Position numbers and translations under genes: made by a program. This document shows, piece by piece, positions 30,831 through 45,800 of a stretch of 64,000 bases of DNA (positions are counted from its first letter, which is position 1; the number at the start of each line of letters is the position of its first letter). The notes under the pieces are model-generated. The model made no database searches and was not told the origin of the DNA. It saw only the letters and a program-made list of their open reading frames with translations. Source of the DNA: Saccostrea cucullata (Eukaryota); assembly GCF_032062105.1 (NCBI RefSeq), contig NW_026939164.1, forward strand, positions 62,001 through 126,000, in the 5' to 3' direction.

Positions 30831-33800
30831 GTAAGTAGCATGACTTTTATGAAATCTTCATTTTTAGATTTTTGATGCATTCCTAATTTTCATCTAATTA
30901 TTATCAATGAATCATTTTACTTACAAGAGTACATGTATAATAGTTCATACAAAGTACTTAATTTTTACAATTATTATATTCAAACTATATAAGAATTATT
31001 GGATTTTTCTTTACGTACAAACTTGGGAATATTTAAAATATTTCAATCAGGTTTAAACTTAAACTCAAAATTCAAAATTACAAGTATTTGAGTAATTTAG
31101 CTAATTTAAAAAGTGACGGTTAAACACGAAATTGTTTAATTATCTATGGAATGCACTGAGAGCAACCGAGGTGCAAGTCTGAGGCAAGACTAACTAAAGC
31201 TGACAACCGTACAATAATTAGCTTCATTTAAGAATGCAAACAACATTTTCAAAGATAAAACCCCCTTTTAAATAATAGAAGAAACATGTAAGTATTAAAA
31301 AGGCCTTGACACCGTTTGAGGTTTTTTAAATGAATGAATTATTTGCAATATTCCACGTCCTTCATTCACTTTTTCCTCTGAAATTTTTTTTCCCGATGTG
31401 ACGTCAATAGCTGATTTGTGTTGAATTCGAAGTCTTCAACCTGCATTTACAAGAAAAAAAATCATTGAATGTTCCAGCTGGTTTTCAGATTTACATCAGT
31501 TTTTTGTTAATTATGTAAAGAGGGGGAGGTGTAAAATTGATTAAGCCATTTTCTTCCTACATTTGATTATCATGAGACATGCTAAGAATCCCATGCAGAA
31601 TGAGTTATCAGATTTACAGCAATCGGAAAGTGCAGCGACGTTAATGTTCAAATCAGTCATTCTACAGAGTAAAAGAAAATGTTCCGATAAATCGACAAAT
31701 CGGCCCCAGGTACCGGTGTAACTTTTTTGGAAAAAAAAGAGGGGGTCAACATAAATGGTTTTATTTCCTCTGAATAAAACTACCCAATAAAAGAAAATAA
31801 AAAAAACATATTCGTCTTTACATTAGAAAAAACATGTTACATGTGTTTGCTGGTGAATATTCTCCGATAAAATAGTTATTTCAGAAAAGTACAGTGCACT
31901 ATTTTTCTGTTTTAAGAAACATGAATTTGTGTAACATATAAGACTAAAACTACCGACAGTAAAAGAATTAATAAAAGAAAATTAAAATTTTTATTCTTAT
32001 TTTAAAATTAAAATTCAGGTGTAGATTTTTTTTTAAATGTGGAATCAAAATATTTCCCTCTAATCTTTATCAAGAAGAAAATGCCATGACCAATAGGTAA
32101 GAGTCATGGAACACATGACTCGACACACATGATACAAACAAAATTTTGGCTGCATTCATTGGGAGATATTTATAGACTTATTTGGTTGCAAAGATGGTTG
32201 AAATCTCTAAAATATTTTTAATGCAGACTTTCTAGTAAGATGTTCTCTCTTCTTTTTGAACATCCTACTAGAAGTCTGCATTTGAAAAAAAAGTACTCAA
32301 GAGATTTGATTATGAATCATTTGCAACCAAATAAGTCCATAAATATCTGACCATCCACTTATAAGTCTTTTTAATCTTTATTACTTAATTCGGCATTATT
32401 AATAAATAAATCAACATACATTAAGTTTTTTTTTCATGATTTAAGGAGAAAAAAAAGTTTTTGTGTATCTGTTGTCCATGGTTGTCTCTATTTCAATGTT
32501 GAACCACATTTTAGAATTAAAAACTTTAGTTTATATTTGCTATCTTGGTTATGTTAAGTAGAGCGGTAATTACCTTTGGAAAAGGTACAATTTTTTTTTT
32601 TTAAAGTTGTAGGGTACTAGTATAGATAATTTACTTATACTGATGGATGAAAAATGAAATAGTTTTACTTTGGAATCTTCAAATAAAACTAAACTACGCG
32701 CCTGCTGCTGATCAAACTTGTTTTCTTCAAAATGAACCAACATCAGTTAAAATGACCTCGCAATCATCAATGAAATATAGATAAAACATCATTTACTTTA
32801 CATTAAGTATATTTCTGTTTATTTAAAAAGATTTATATACCTAATTTCGTCTAACACACGAAAAATCAGATATAAAGGTCAGTGGCATAAGTAAACTGTT
32901 TACCTTTTAATCTCGCTTCTTTGGACGATGCATCCGAAAACAAATGTTAACGAAAGCAAAGCCAACAGAGTATTCAAAGGTCATGGTGCGTTGTAAAGCC
33001 AAATACTCATACACAAATTCTTTACTTATGTTTGAGAATTATTAAGAAATATCAATGGATTGAAATAATTAGAATGAGATTTCTTATTGTTCAAAGATTT
33101 CTTTCAAAATGTCCGATGACATTCCTCACTTTTTTTTGTTTTATCAAACATTCATAAACTTGCTTGAAATGAATTTAGATTGACTGTATCCTATTGTTAA
33201 CAAAAGACGTATTTGAAGTTTGTAAAGAAAAAAAAGACATCTGAGACTTTAGATAGTCACACCCTCATGAACCACCAATAGTAAGATCCTGTTAAGAAAT
33301 GAACAACAGTATTTTTAAAAGCTGGGCATTTGAAATACTGTTCATATCTATTCATCAGCACATGACCAGTTTTTACTTATGTAACAGTGTGGTGTAATGT
33401 TGCCATGGAATTCTATTTTTTTAATAGAATTCCATTTTGGTTGTTTATTTTATTATAAAGTAAACGTCAAGGTAATTAGGTACACGTGTGTATCAGATGA
33501 CCTTATCGTTCACTCCCAAATCTCTGGCTCGATGTTACTTTTCTTGAGCTCTTTCTAGCTTCTGGATTACGTAGGCCATTATCATGTCCATAAAGACAAA
33601 AACGAACCGTGTAAAACACTCTTAATTCTGAAGAAATAATTAATCATTTCAATTTCCAAGACAGCTGTATTAATGACTGATATTACCATTTTCCTTTCCG
33701 TATTAACAAATGGCTTATTCGCGGTAGAAACTTCAATATGTTTTAATACTTAATAATACGCTACAAATGTAGTCATTCTTTAAACATCGATACGGTATCA

Positions 33801-36800
33801 ATGCTTAAAATAGATTAACTTAAGGGAAAATTCATAGAGGTTTGAAGCGAAATAATTCAATATTTTAAAAAAATACATAAAACATGTAAATTGACTTTTT
33901 TGTATAATCTGTACATAGCGGCTATATGTATAAAGAAACCACCCAAGTGAAGTATACATAGAAAGTGCAACTTGTTCATTTTCTCAAGAGTGTTTTTTGT
34001 ACTGTTTTAAGTTTTGCACTTTAAGTAGTTGATCCCTCGACATTGACTTTTTGCCTTACAAAAACCCATCGGAATTTTAAGCCCTTTTCCCTAGCAAAGG
34101 ATTTGCGTACTTTTACTTCTATAATTTTGTTATTGTCATGTAATCCTGGAAAAGTAAGAAACCAAAACTGAAGCTTTACTGATGAAACAGCTCTTGACAC
34201 CAGGAGGAGTTGAGTTACAAAAGTTATAAAATGGTTTTATCTTATTTACTAGTACAATCTTCTTATCTTCACAAAATGTTGCTTCTAAGTCATTTCATGT
34301 TCATGTTCCTTTTCTTTTTTTCATTGCTTACCATTAAAGTATAATTTGAGATCCATTACTTGATTAACATTACATTATAAAACAAGAATCCTTTGGTCAG
34401 AAAAGGTTCTGTTTATTCAAGGGAACCTATTCTAGCATTAGAATCAGAACAGATCGTTAGGCAGCGAATCGCAATAAGTACATATCCAATACTGTTGACA
34501 TTTGGCCAATAAAAGCACCGGGACTGAAGTATATCATTGACTTGGAAGTCGTTTTTGACACGTTTATTAAACTGTCAACATCGTAAAAGTAAGGGTAGGT
34601 TCTTCTGGAAATGGCGTCAAGCCGAAATATGAATGGAACATCAATTGTTATTATTTGACTGTTCGATAAATATGGTTGATATGAGAAAACAAATCAAATA
34701 GTATTCTACAACTAAATCGATTTGGAAACTCATTATCTTAGAAAATTCTATATGCTCATTTTCACGAACTTACTCAAGTGGGAAATGAGCTGAGTATAAG
34801 AGGAATTCTGAGTTAAGATACTAAAGCAAAACGAAAACAAAATAAAGCAATAAGTAAAAATAATATTAAAAATTTTAAAATGTTAAATTTTCAAAATTGA
34901 ACTCAATAAACCATAAAACAGCCCCCCCCCCCCAATTATTTGCCGACATTAATCATCTGATTATGATTAAAACTGAGTTGATGACGTAATATCGATAGCA
35001 GACAAGGGTAAAGTTCTTTGTTGTTAGACTTCCGAGCAAAAAATGACACATTTTTTCAACCCATAACAATTTTCAGGAAAAAAAAATGTTCATGTGGTAC
35101 TTGTGAAGGCGAAGGTTAATGGTTTGTTATTCTTTTTTATGAGGTGGTTATGCTCAGCATTATATCCTTCGTTATACTTTGGAAATTTAGTTTAAACTTC
35201 CCTGCAATTACGTCACGATTAGCTTAAAGACGAAGAAAACTGTATATAAATGGTATATTTCAATGTTAAGAGGGTATTTCCTCTAACATTGAAGGATACA
35301 CAGACATACCAACACTATAAAAAAGAGGTTTTCAAGGTATGTAGATGAATACATTTGAGTAATTTTCATAGAAACACGACTGTCTACATTCATATAGGTT
35401 CGTAACAGTTTGTCTCCGAATAGCAAGTCATATTTATGTTTTTTGGGTAAACGTCCAGAAATCGTGATTATACGGGATATACTCGATTGCACTGGTCGTT
35501 GATTGATCACTGTAATAAGATGTTGAGATCGGAATGGTCCGTTCGGGAGTGATTGATGCTTAGAAATTCGTCTTGGATTAATTCCATGAGAATAATAGAA
35601 CAAGAATAGAATCCGTATTTAATTGGGAGGGTTGATCAAAATCTATTTTACGTTCCTTGTGTTCGATGTGATTTCTTTGCGATGGCCCTAAAATTGGAAA
35701 ATAAAACATTGGTTTTTGGAGTGCTGTGGAAACATACGTTCTAAAGTAGGTTCCCATTAGGGTCCATTCTCTCTTTTAAAATAATTAGATGAGACTGCAG
35801 ATCTTGATTTTATTAATTGTTGTGATGATTAACAGCGTAGACAAAGCAACTGATTGCATAACTTATGAGACGAAGATCTAAATGTATATATCTACCTAAT
35901 AATTGAGTATATCTACAGGAAAATAAATATATGACCATTTACTATGATGTAATAAACAAACTAGATTAGTGACCAAGAAATTATACCTATATCAAAAGTA
36001 AAGGAGCGCTGACATAAGATAGTAGCAGAGCTAATATAGAGACGTTATAAAAACCTTCTTAAAAGCGGTTCTAATCATAGGAAATACACTTGTTAGAAAA
36101 TCATTGCTAATCAAAATTCCACTCTCAGGAAAACTCCTTTTCAAGGTTGATAGCACCATCTGTTTCAGAGTTTGTTCTCTCATAAGATAATTGCCCGATT
36201 TTAACATTGAGGTTACATTGAATACAATTTTCGCTGTTTTATACAGCTTTTATCTTGCAACCACGCATTTGTTTACAAAATGATGAGAGAAAGTCACTTT
36301 TGAACTCTGTTACCACATTGGGGGTGGGCAAAAATATGAATGGAAAAGAGATAAAATCAAGGCAGGGATCACAAACCGTATCAAACCAATTAACCTGTTG
36401 TTAATAAGCACACGCCACTAGTGCTTCAGCAGATATATACCATAGAGATTGTCAATCAGCTTCAGAGCGTCAACGCCCAACCATGAATGTAAAATGTATG
36501 AAAATCCATATTTATATGTAGTGTGTCGAATGTTTTAACATTTGATATCACTTTATAAGTCGACTTCTTATCCTGTACACTGAAATAATTTACATTAATA
36601 CATGCTTTACAGTATTTACAATACCTTTGAATAATAAGCTTACATTGCTTACCTATTACATACGATGAAACATATGGAGATAACGCACAGTATTCAAAAT
36701 CAAAAGTCCATAAAACAAAACAAAATAGGAGCAGATCAAACACGGACCTCCAAAACATCAGAGGTGGGATAAGGTGCCAAGGAAGTGTGAGCATCCCTTG

Positions 36801-39800
36801 CCGACCGGTCACGCCCGCCGTGCTCTCCTTATTATGATCGGGAATAACGGAAAAATCCGTTGTCAAAAATTCAGTGTATAATGGTGGACTAACAATAAGT
36901 ATGAAAAACGTCAGTCAGCATTTGACTCAATTATAAATTGCATTTGCTGACAAGATCATTGTATTGACCATAGAACTTACGAAATGATGACTTTAAATGA
37001 AACTGCTGATATTTTTGTTTCATCAACTTGTTTGTCAATAATTTACCTCGTTTTAGAAACTGTACATACGTAGAGCATGCTCTTGCATATTGAACTAACT
37101 TAGATATATATACTCCGTATGCAGGTGATGAAGGTATATTGCTGCGTAAGTAATGGAAGTTGACGATAGAAAAGTTAAAGTCATCACGTTTATCACAAAG
37201 CTTGGTTGTTAGATTACCATTAATGTCTTAAGTATTCAAGTAAATATCCAAATATGAAACAAATGTGTTTGACTCTGTGGAGTTTTTTTTTATCTCAAGC
37301 TCACCAGGATATATTGTATCGACATAAAAATGGAAATAACCATTGTAAACTGACAATCTGTCGTCCATATATCTAAATATCTCGAGAAAGATACTCTCAC
37401 ATTCATTTTTGAGCAAACAAATTACAATTAATTAAATACAAACAATAAACCATAATAAACCATAAAATAAAATTAAAATGTTCATCAAACATCGATTTCT
37501 TGTTTGATGAACTTGTTTGATGAGTTGAAATACAGGAACTCTAAGTTATCTAATATCTATATATCCTCAGAGTTTGGGTTACTTCAAACAAATATGCATT
37601 TCAAATGCATAAAAATATGAATGTAAAAAATTAAGTTTATATGTTTAAGAAGCATAATATCTTATTAAAAGTGTAATCATTTGGAAACAGTAATGTATTT
37701 TTCAGCATGACGCGTGTTTTGGTGATAAAACTAATGTAGAGTCCAAAAAACTTGAAATTCACTTTTCCAAGACAAAGGCTCTTTGTACACCAGGAATTTT
37801 ACTAGAAATTGCATGGTTGATAAATATCTGATCCACAAAACACAAAAGAGATTCGATCTGTCTTATTGCTAATTGAACACAGAGCTATGTTATCGAGTCT
37901 TTATCTTATGTAATGGGCTGAGGGTGCAGCGATGTGGAGTTATCTCGTGCAGTGTCATGCAGAATCTTATCTGCTTACTTCTTGACAGTGTATAATTGTT
38001 ACACAGGATATTAAACATATTTTACTTTCACTGATAAAGATATTACTGTACAATGTTGCTGTATGAAGATACTACGCATGGCTAAAATGAGGAGAGAGGG
38101 GATTCGAAAACATTATACGACCTCCATAGATGAGTTCTTACAGTGTCCAGCTATGAAGTCGCTATTTTGCTGACATTTAATATTTGGTATTGTAGTCCAT
38201 GCTTTTAAGGCATTTTGTGTAGAAATCATATACTATATGTAGGTTTTGATGTAAGACTATCTAACAAAAAGTGTAACAAAAATAACTACAGATACGTAGC
38301 ACAATTTTTAAGGGTTGGGGATAATTGACAATTTAAAAAAAATCACAATAACAAGACAAAAATGTAAAAAAAAAAAAACCTTTTCGAAGAAATTTGGCGT
38401 ATACAAATATGAAAGACTTGACTATTTTGACTAAACTATGTTCAATTTATTTCTATGTTAACATTTGGGAAAAGTGGCATTTCGATTCCCGGGTAATTGA
38501 AACTTAGAAGAGCTCACTTCTAATTCTAATTTTACTTTATCATATAGCTGAAAATTCAATTTGAGACCAAAACTGGGTTCATTTAAGTTTTTGGCCCAGG
38601 AACCAGTTCTCCCTAAACCTCTTGATACTACTTGCTTGAACGGTATGAGTGTAAGTCACACAAGTCACCCAGGACGCCTATGGTGCAATAACTTCATTTT
38701 TTCTAGCCATGACCATCTAGCATGCAAATTGCCTGCATGATGAAATTTTATTTTTGAAGATAATGAACAGCTAAAAGCTAAAAAGTCCTTCGAAACAATA
38801 CAAATGTGGAGTAGAGCAAACGCATGGACATCTAAAAGGGTGAGAGATGGGATCTGTTACCAGGGGAAGTAAGTAACCTTCTTCTTACGGAGGAAAAGTT
38901 CTTTATTGACCACTTATGATAGCATCCTCTAATGATGTAAAATAGGAAAGGTAGATGACTTTGTATCCATGGATGACATGTATGTTTTAATTTTATCTCT
39001 AATTGACAAAATCCTGAATCATTAGTGGGTAGAATTGCTAACCATGAATGGCATTATCCTAACAGTATTTAATACTACATCATTTCCTGTTTACACATGT
39101 ATTCATTTAATGATGCAAATATTTCTAATTACATTGAAACAAAGTCATCCAACTACTTATATCATTTACAGATTTTTTAAAAACACTTTTAGTTTTACTT
39201 CCTCTTCAGAAGGTCTCTATATAAGTGACAAATTCTCGACTGACATGTAAAACAACATACAATCAATCAACCAATCCTCCTCAAAAGTCTGTTTAAGTCT
39301 TTTAGATTTCTATCCAGCATATTAATTCCTCGTATATTTCATACGGACCCAGTCCCCTTGACTAAATCAACCAAGGTTCAACCCACGGGGGTTGTTTAAA
39401 GATCTAGAGTAATTGAATTTACAATATTTACAAGCAAACTCACAAATTTAAACTTGTAATTAGAAAGAATCGTGGGCGAATCGCTAAGCATTGTGGGCGT
39501 TGATTACGTCCCCTTAAGATCTTTTTTGTCACTAAAAATTTTTGAAACTGTGACAAATTTTACCGTATGTTGCAGAAGCAATCTGATTTGGTTCAATTTT
39601 TAGTTCTGTGAGGGACAAATTTCATTAATTTTTCCCCCCATACAAACTCAATAGTTTTTTTTTAAAACTATACCTGCAACGGTGAATTTTCAGGAAAAGG
39701 ACAAATTATTCTATAAATGGGATAGAATAGTCGTCTAGACAAGGTGAGTTAATCTTCATTTCACTGCTGCAGGTATATTTTGGATTTGTTGCAAAATAAT

Positions 39801-42800
39801 TCACAAGAGAAATTAAAATGAAATGTTCCAAAGCGAATTCAAAAGAATTTTATCAATAATGTTTTGTTGAGTCAAAATAAATGATCTGAATATGAATTTC
39901 AGCACACCTATTTTTTGTATAATGTATTTTGCACATATGAAGCAGAATTTGTCAAAAATCATATACGTGAAAGGAAGAAAACACTTGCTGTGGCCTTCAA
40001 CTCGAAATTTAGATTGATACGTATTGTCAATTAACAATTGTTATTTCCATTCATATGTCGATACGATATAGCCCGATGAGCTTGAGATAAAAAAAAATAC
40101 CATAGAGTCTGACACATCTGTTTCATATTTGAATATTTTACATGAAAAAGACCTTAATGGTAACAACCCAGCTTTATGATGAACATCAAGATTTTTCAAT
40201 CGTCAACTTTCCCTTCTTATGCAGCAATATATACCCTCGTCACCTGCATAGGAGTTTATATCTCTTCAATTGATTCGATACGCAAGAGCATGCTCTACGT
40301 ATGTACAATTCGAAAACGAGGTAAATTATTGATAAACAAATTGATGAAACAAGAATATTAGCAGTCTCGTTAAAAGTCATCAATTCGTAAGTTCTATGGT
40401 CGATACAATGACCTTGTCAGCAGATACAATTTATCATTGAATCAAATGCTGATACTAATTGTTAGTCCATTATTTACACACTGAATTGTCAAAGTATTTT
40501 CCCGTTATTTTCCGATAATGACAAGGAGCACACGGCGGGTGTGTTCGGTCGGCAGGGGATGCTCACCCCTTCATGGCATCTGATCCCACCTCTGATGTTT
40601 TGGAAGTCGGTGTTTGCTCTGCTCTTATTTTGCATTGTGTAATGGACTTTTGATCTTGAATGCGGTGCGTTATCTAGAAGGAAAAAATAAATATCATTTT
40701 CGTATGTTTCATTTCAGCAAAATTAAAGTCTTCGCAAATATTTGAAAACAAAACAAAGCCATGTTATTTGTTTAGGCAACAAAATATATCATAACGAGTT
40801 ATAATCTAATACTAGTAAACAGAAATGATGAAAGATATAATTTTAATGAATTTATATATGACTAAATAAATAAATAATGAATTTCTAAAGAAAAAATAAA
40901 GTCTTGAATAAGTGTTCAGTTACTTATTAAATCAGTCACGATCATATTCCATTTCTCGTACGACAATTGAAGATCTTACGAAAAAAGAAAATTTCCATAA
41001 AGTGCATAATCGTTATGCGCAGTAAATATCATTACTAAGACTTCAGGGAAACTTGTCATAAATCATCATTAAGTAAAAATATTTTAAAGTTTATTTCGAT
41101 ATAGGGCTCAACCTTGAAAAAATGGATAATAAAGTTCTATCATATTTGCACTTAAGTGTTTGCCTTTAAATGTACTCACCATAATCTTTCGGAACCAATA
41201 AAAGAAGCCACGGTTATTTAATAATATGCAAACTACCATAGATGGCCCAAATGAATATCTAAAGAACGCGTGCTCACTTCTTCCGAAATATAATTGGGCT
41301 GTAAAAAATATAAGATGAGTTCATGAAAACAGATTTCGTTAAAAAAGTATGCATTAAAAAATATTTTTGACCCCAGTTTTCCCAACAGTGAAAAACCAAA
41401 ACTCTAACACCGTATTACACATCTTCAGGGCACAACCAGTCGTATACCAAAAAGTGTTATGACTACTACAAAAATGTAAGAGAAGTTAATAAAACTAGGT
41501 TTTTTCAGAAAAAAACATTATCGTTAATAGCATCAGAATTGCCTGAAAGAAAAAAAAATTGTCTTGTAAATTTACCACCACGGTTACTATTGATGTGTAT
41601 TTTTCAAATAATCATATTCAAACCTATAAGAGATATCTTAGAAAATGTCAATCTAATATAAAAGGCCCGTATTTTAAGCTCTCGTTACATAACTCCGAAA
41701 TAAGAGAGAAAAAACCCCATCTTTGTCGTTCGTGGAACGTGGTCGCTGACTTGGTGCCTTATATCTATTATATCATCAAATTCTCTTCTTCATACTTTGA
41801 CGAATGTTAACCTTTGATTCTCTGCTTCCTGGCCAATGCTGGTTTCAGGGCTAATTGAACATCAGAGCGACAAATCACCATGCGTCTTAAGCTTTGATGC
41901 AACTCATTGTTCACGACCATGAAAGCTGCATGGAATAAAAACACATGGACTTAGAAGTATGCTTATTTGTGTTGCATAGAATTGAATTGGATGCAATGAT
42001 AAGTTGGGAATATTAATAATTATGTTTAAGTGTTACTGTAATTATTTATTTTCATTGTGAAACATGTTTGAGGATTATAACATTCTAAGAAAGGTGGTGA
42101 GTATTCTAAAGAAAATAGCTAGAAATGCCATTGATAGGTATTCGATATTCCTGTATCGTATCTATTGTCTGAAAATAGTATATTGATGCATGAAGTGAAA
42201 GTATAAAATGTATAAAACCAACATGAGGATTATACTCTAAGTTCAATTACATAAAATATTTCTTGTGGTATTTTGCCCTTTGAAGATCATTTTGCTTTCA
42301 TCTAAAGAATGTTTACATTTGTGCAACCGTCTTTTTGCTACTTGCAATGAAATATAAATTGCAAATGATTTAATGATTTAATTTTTTTTTTCATTTCTAT
42401 CTCTTAATTATATTGTAGAATAACAATTTTCTAATACTTTGATTGAATAGAAGGAAAGAATTAATAACATTTTTATGAAAAGTTCATTTGTACTTTCTAA
42501 TATGCATGATAAATTCTGTAATCTTAAAGCACATTTGCACTTTTCGTCAATGGACCATCCTAGGTCTGTAATAGATAATACTCCTTGGCCTTGAAATTAA
42601 AAGTACAAAGAGTGAATTAAGGAAGTATATACATGTATTTACAATGAAAAGATCATAGATATTCCGCTTATTGCAAGATAAATTTGTGTAAATGGAAACA
42701 AAAATATTTTTCTGAAGAAAATCTTGAGGGTATTATAGAAGTTGGTTTAATTTACATCAAATAAATTTGGACAATTTCTTCTTTATACAAAAAATCTTGT

Positions 42801-45800
42801 AGATCAATGTAATTCTTCTGAATTGATAAAACACGTCATAATCCTCTTTTAATTTTTAATACAGACATCACGTGGTACATTAATTTACTATTTTATGGAC
42901 CATAAATGAAAGATAACTAGCACCGACTTCTTCGAGAAAAAGCATGTTTTTCTTTGAAATATGTGGCGAACCATCTTTCTGCATGAAACAAAAATGTGCG
43001 TGAAGAAATTTTACTTTGAAGTGAAATTTAGATAAAAATAAGAATAAAATAAAATGTATTCAATGTAAGCCAATTTCATACTTCCTTACCTTATATCCTG
43101 AATATTTTTCCAAGTTGCTACCTTTTTGCACGAAAGATAACTCCTAGCAAGTAATTGATTAAGTGAAAAATAGGAAGGGTCGAATTGCTACAGAATAACT
43201 TACATTTTGGCAAGAAAAAAAAATGGGGGAAAATTAATTAAAAGCAATAAAATATATCATCTGCAAATATAATGACCACAAAAAAGAGCCATAACTTTCT
43301 TTTTCATAACTCTTTCGATAATGATGTAAATAGATTCTGTTAACAAATTGTCGCTTCTAATTATAAATCGGAAATAAAATTCCAATTCTTGGAAAGAATT
43401 TTGTTTCCGTTGCACATTGTGCCTAATCGAATATGAAAGTTGTAATTACAACACAGAAAAAGAGATTTATTCGCATTCCTTTAAAAGAGGGTCGTACAAG
43501 CAAACTTAAGTTTTACCATGCACCATGGCAGGGAGGGACACAGATCTATGGGCCGAAGAATTCATAGAAAGGTAAAATCTGATGACTATCTTTTTCATTC
43601 TTGAGACACTTAATATGTATAAAACTTTAAATATTCCTGTCTTTTTTTATTTGTAAGAGATCACTTATAATGAAAAAATTCCAGGTTTGAAAATTTTCAA
43701 TGTTTTAAAAAAAGGAAGTCAAGATTAAAATTACAATATCCATATAGAAGGTTAATTTTGTTCTGGAATGCTTTCTTTAAGTTATAGAATTTTAAAAATA
43801 CAGAAGCGTTTACGGTAGTTTCATTCTGAAGGATGGATCATTCTAAACTGTTCCATTAATTGGCACAAAGATACGGCTCTTTATATCTAACAACTAAAAC
43901 CCGGGCTATTCTTTTTATTTGCAAAAAATGGTTACGATAAAAATCGTCTTCAAATGAACTATAATATCCAGTATCTGTTGCCTATGAGGCAGATAGGTCG
44001 CATTAATTTATTCTCTTCAAACATTGAAATTTTAAAAACTTTGTTTTGTTCTACCCAGTTTTTATTTCAGTTATCTTTAACCATGGGAATGGGTACGTAA
44101 AAAAAAAGTTAAAGGACTTAGATGACTTATGTAAGAGAAGTTTGTGAGTTGGCTTAAAATACTACACAAAGAGCCTTATATTTCCCTTAAGGTGTCAAAC
44201 AGTGATGGGTATTTTGTATCTGTATCAATTTGTATAATGCATAAGTCTAATCTTACACGCATTTACATCACACAAGTCTGACTGATTTAAAAGCTTCTTA
44301 TTTAAATGGTACAATGAGATTGATCCTCGCAACAGCAACATGTATCAGGCGCCAAATAGGCGATATATTTTGTTTGTCAAATCATTTTATTCGACTTTGC
44401 TAATCTTTTTGTGCTGATTAATTTCTTTTTTCTGTCAACCTCTCTACAATTTACATCTACCAGTCTTTGGGTGTACTTTTTGTGGTACTCTAAACGATCT
44501 TTGTATCTCAAAGAAAGCAGGTCCTTTAGAAAACACTTGACAAAGATATTTTTCGAATATAGTAATACATTGTAAAATTTACCATGGTCCATTGAACATA
44601 TACTAGGTCCATAAAGCTGACAAACTGACTTCTTTTTAGGACCATGGCATTTCAATAAAAAAGGTTTTTCAGGTCCACATTTTCCTTAATTATATTTTAG
44701 TTGTTGTCGGTATACATAGAACCAAACAAACACTTTTTAAATGGTTGTCGGATTCCATTTGGTAAATAAATGTCGAACGTTTAAATAGTACTTGTATATT
44801 GTCATGATTAGAAATTGAGAGGATCAAATTCTAGATACATTTTATTTTTCACCTCGACAGGTAGATAAATCGACGACGTAGTGTTTTTAACAAAATTAAA
44901 CTTAATTCATATTTCGATACGAGCTTAATTGAAATAAAAGATACCACATAGTCTGAGACACTTGTTTAATTTTTGTAATATAAAAAGATAAATGATACGT
45001 TTTTGTAGTAACCTGAAAACGAAGCGTTATCATAGTAAACAGGATGACTTTTTCATCATTACCTCCTTTTACGTATGTAGCAACATGCTCTCATCACTTG
45101 TATACTGGGTTTATATCTCTCAGATAATTCGATAGGCAAGAGCATGCTCTACATACAAACAATTTCTAAACCAGGTTAAGATATTGACAAAGAAGTTGAT
45201 GAAACAAGACTAGCAAGTCTCGTTTAAAGCCATGATTTCGCAAGTTCTATGGTCGATACAATAAAATTGTCTGCAATTACAATCTATCATCAAGTCAAAT
45301 GTTCTTCATACCAATTGTTAGGCCATTATCTACATACTGAATTGTCGACGAATTTTTTTCTCGATCATGACAAGGAGCACACGGCTATTATGACCGATCG
45401 GCTGGCGATGCTCATTCCTCCATGGCACCTGATACCACCTCTGATGTCTGAGAGGTCTGTGTTTGCTCGGTCCTGGTCATGATTTGTATTGTTTGAATGA
45501 ACTTTTGAGCTTAAATATTGTATGTTATCTTAATGTTTTATATCATTATGGTAACTTTTATTCCTTTACTTAAAAAGTATTCACAATTGAATAGTAAAGC
45601 TATAAAAAGTAACATTTGACTATGAATGAGGCATCTAACCTTGATTCCATTTCTTACCACCACCCTAAGCCCAAGCCTTGAATCCACATAAAAAGTAATC
45701 GGCAATGCTTTCGTTCCGATTCATTCCCTGATTTGACAACGATGATCTAAGCTCCATCTTCAACCGCGACAGGGGATTTTCATGTCGTTCGATGATAGGA

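Noticed and set aside
36462-36866. Recurring short peptide DHxKEHTAGVTGRQGMLTxPWHLIPPL (also ORFs at 21932 and 45249)
   Set aside because: Translation of the Penelope-like terminal repeat; frames and starts are inconsistent between copies.
38063-38173. 36-aa ORF MKILRMAKMRREG... as an alternative TRPC exon
   Set aside because: Stops before any usable donor; no frame-compatible splice.
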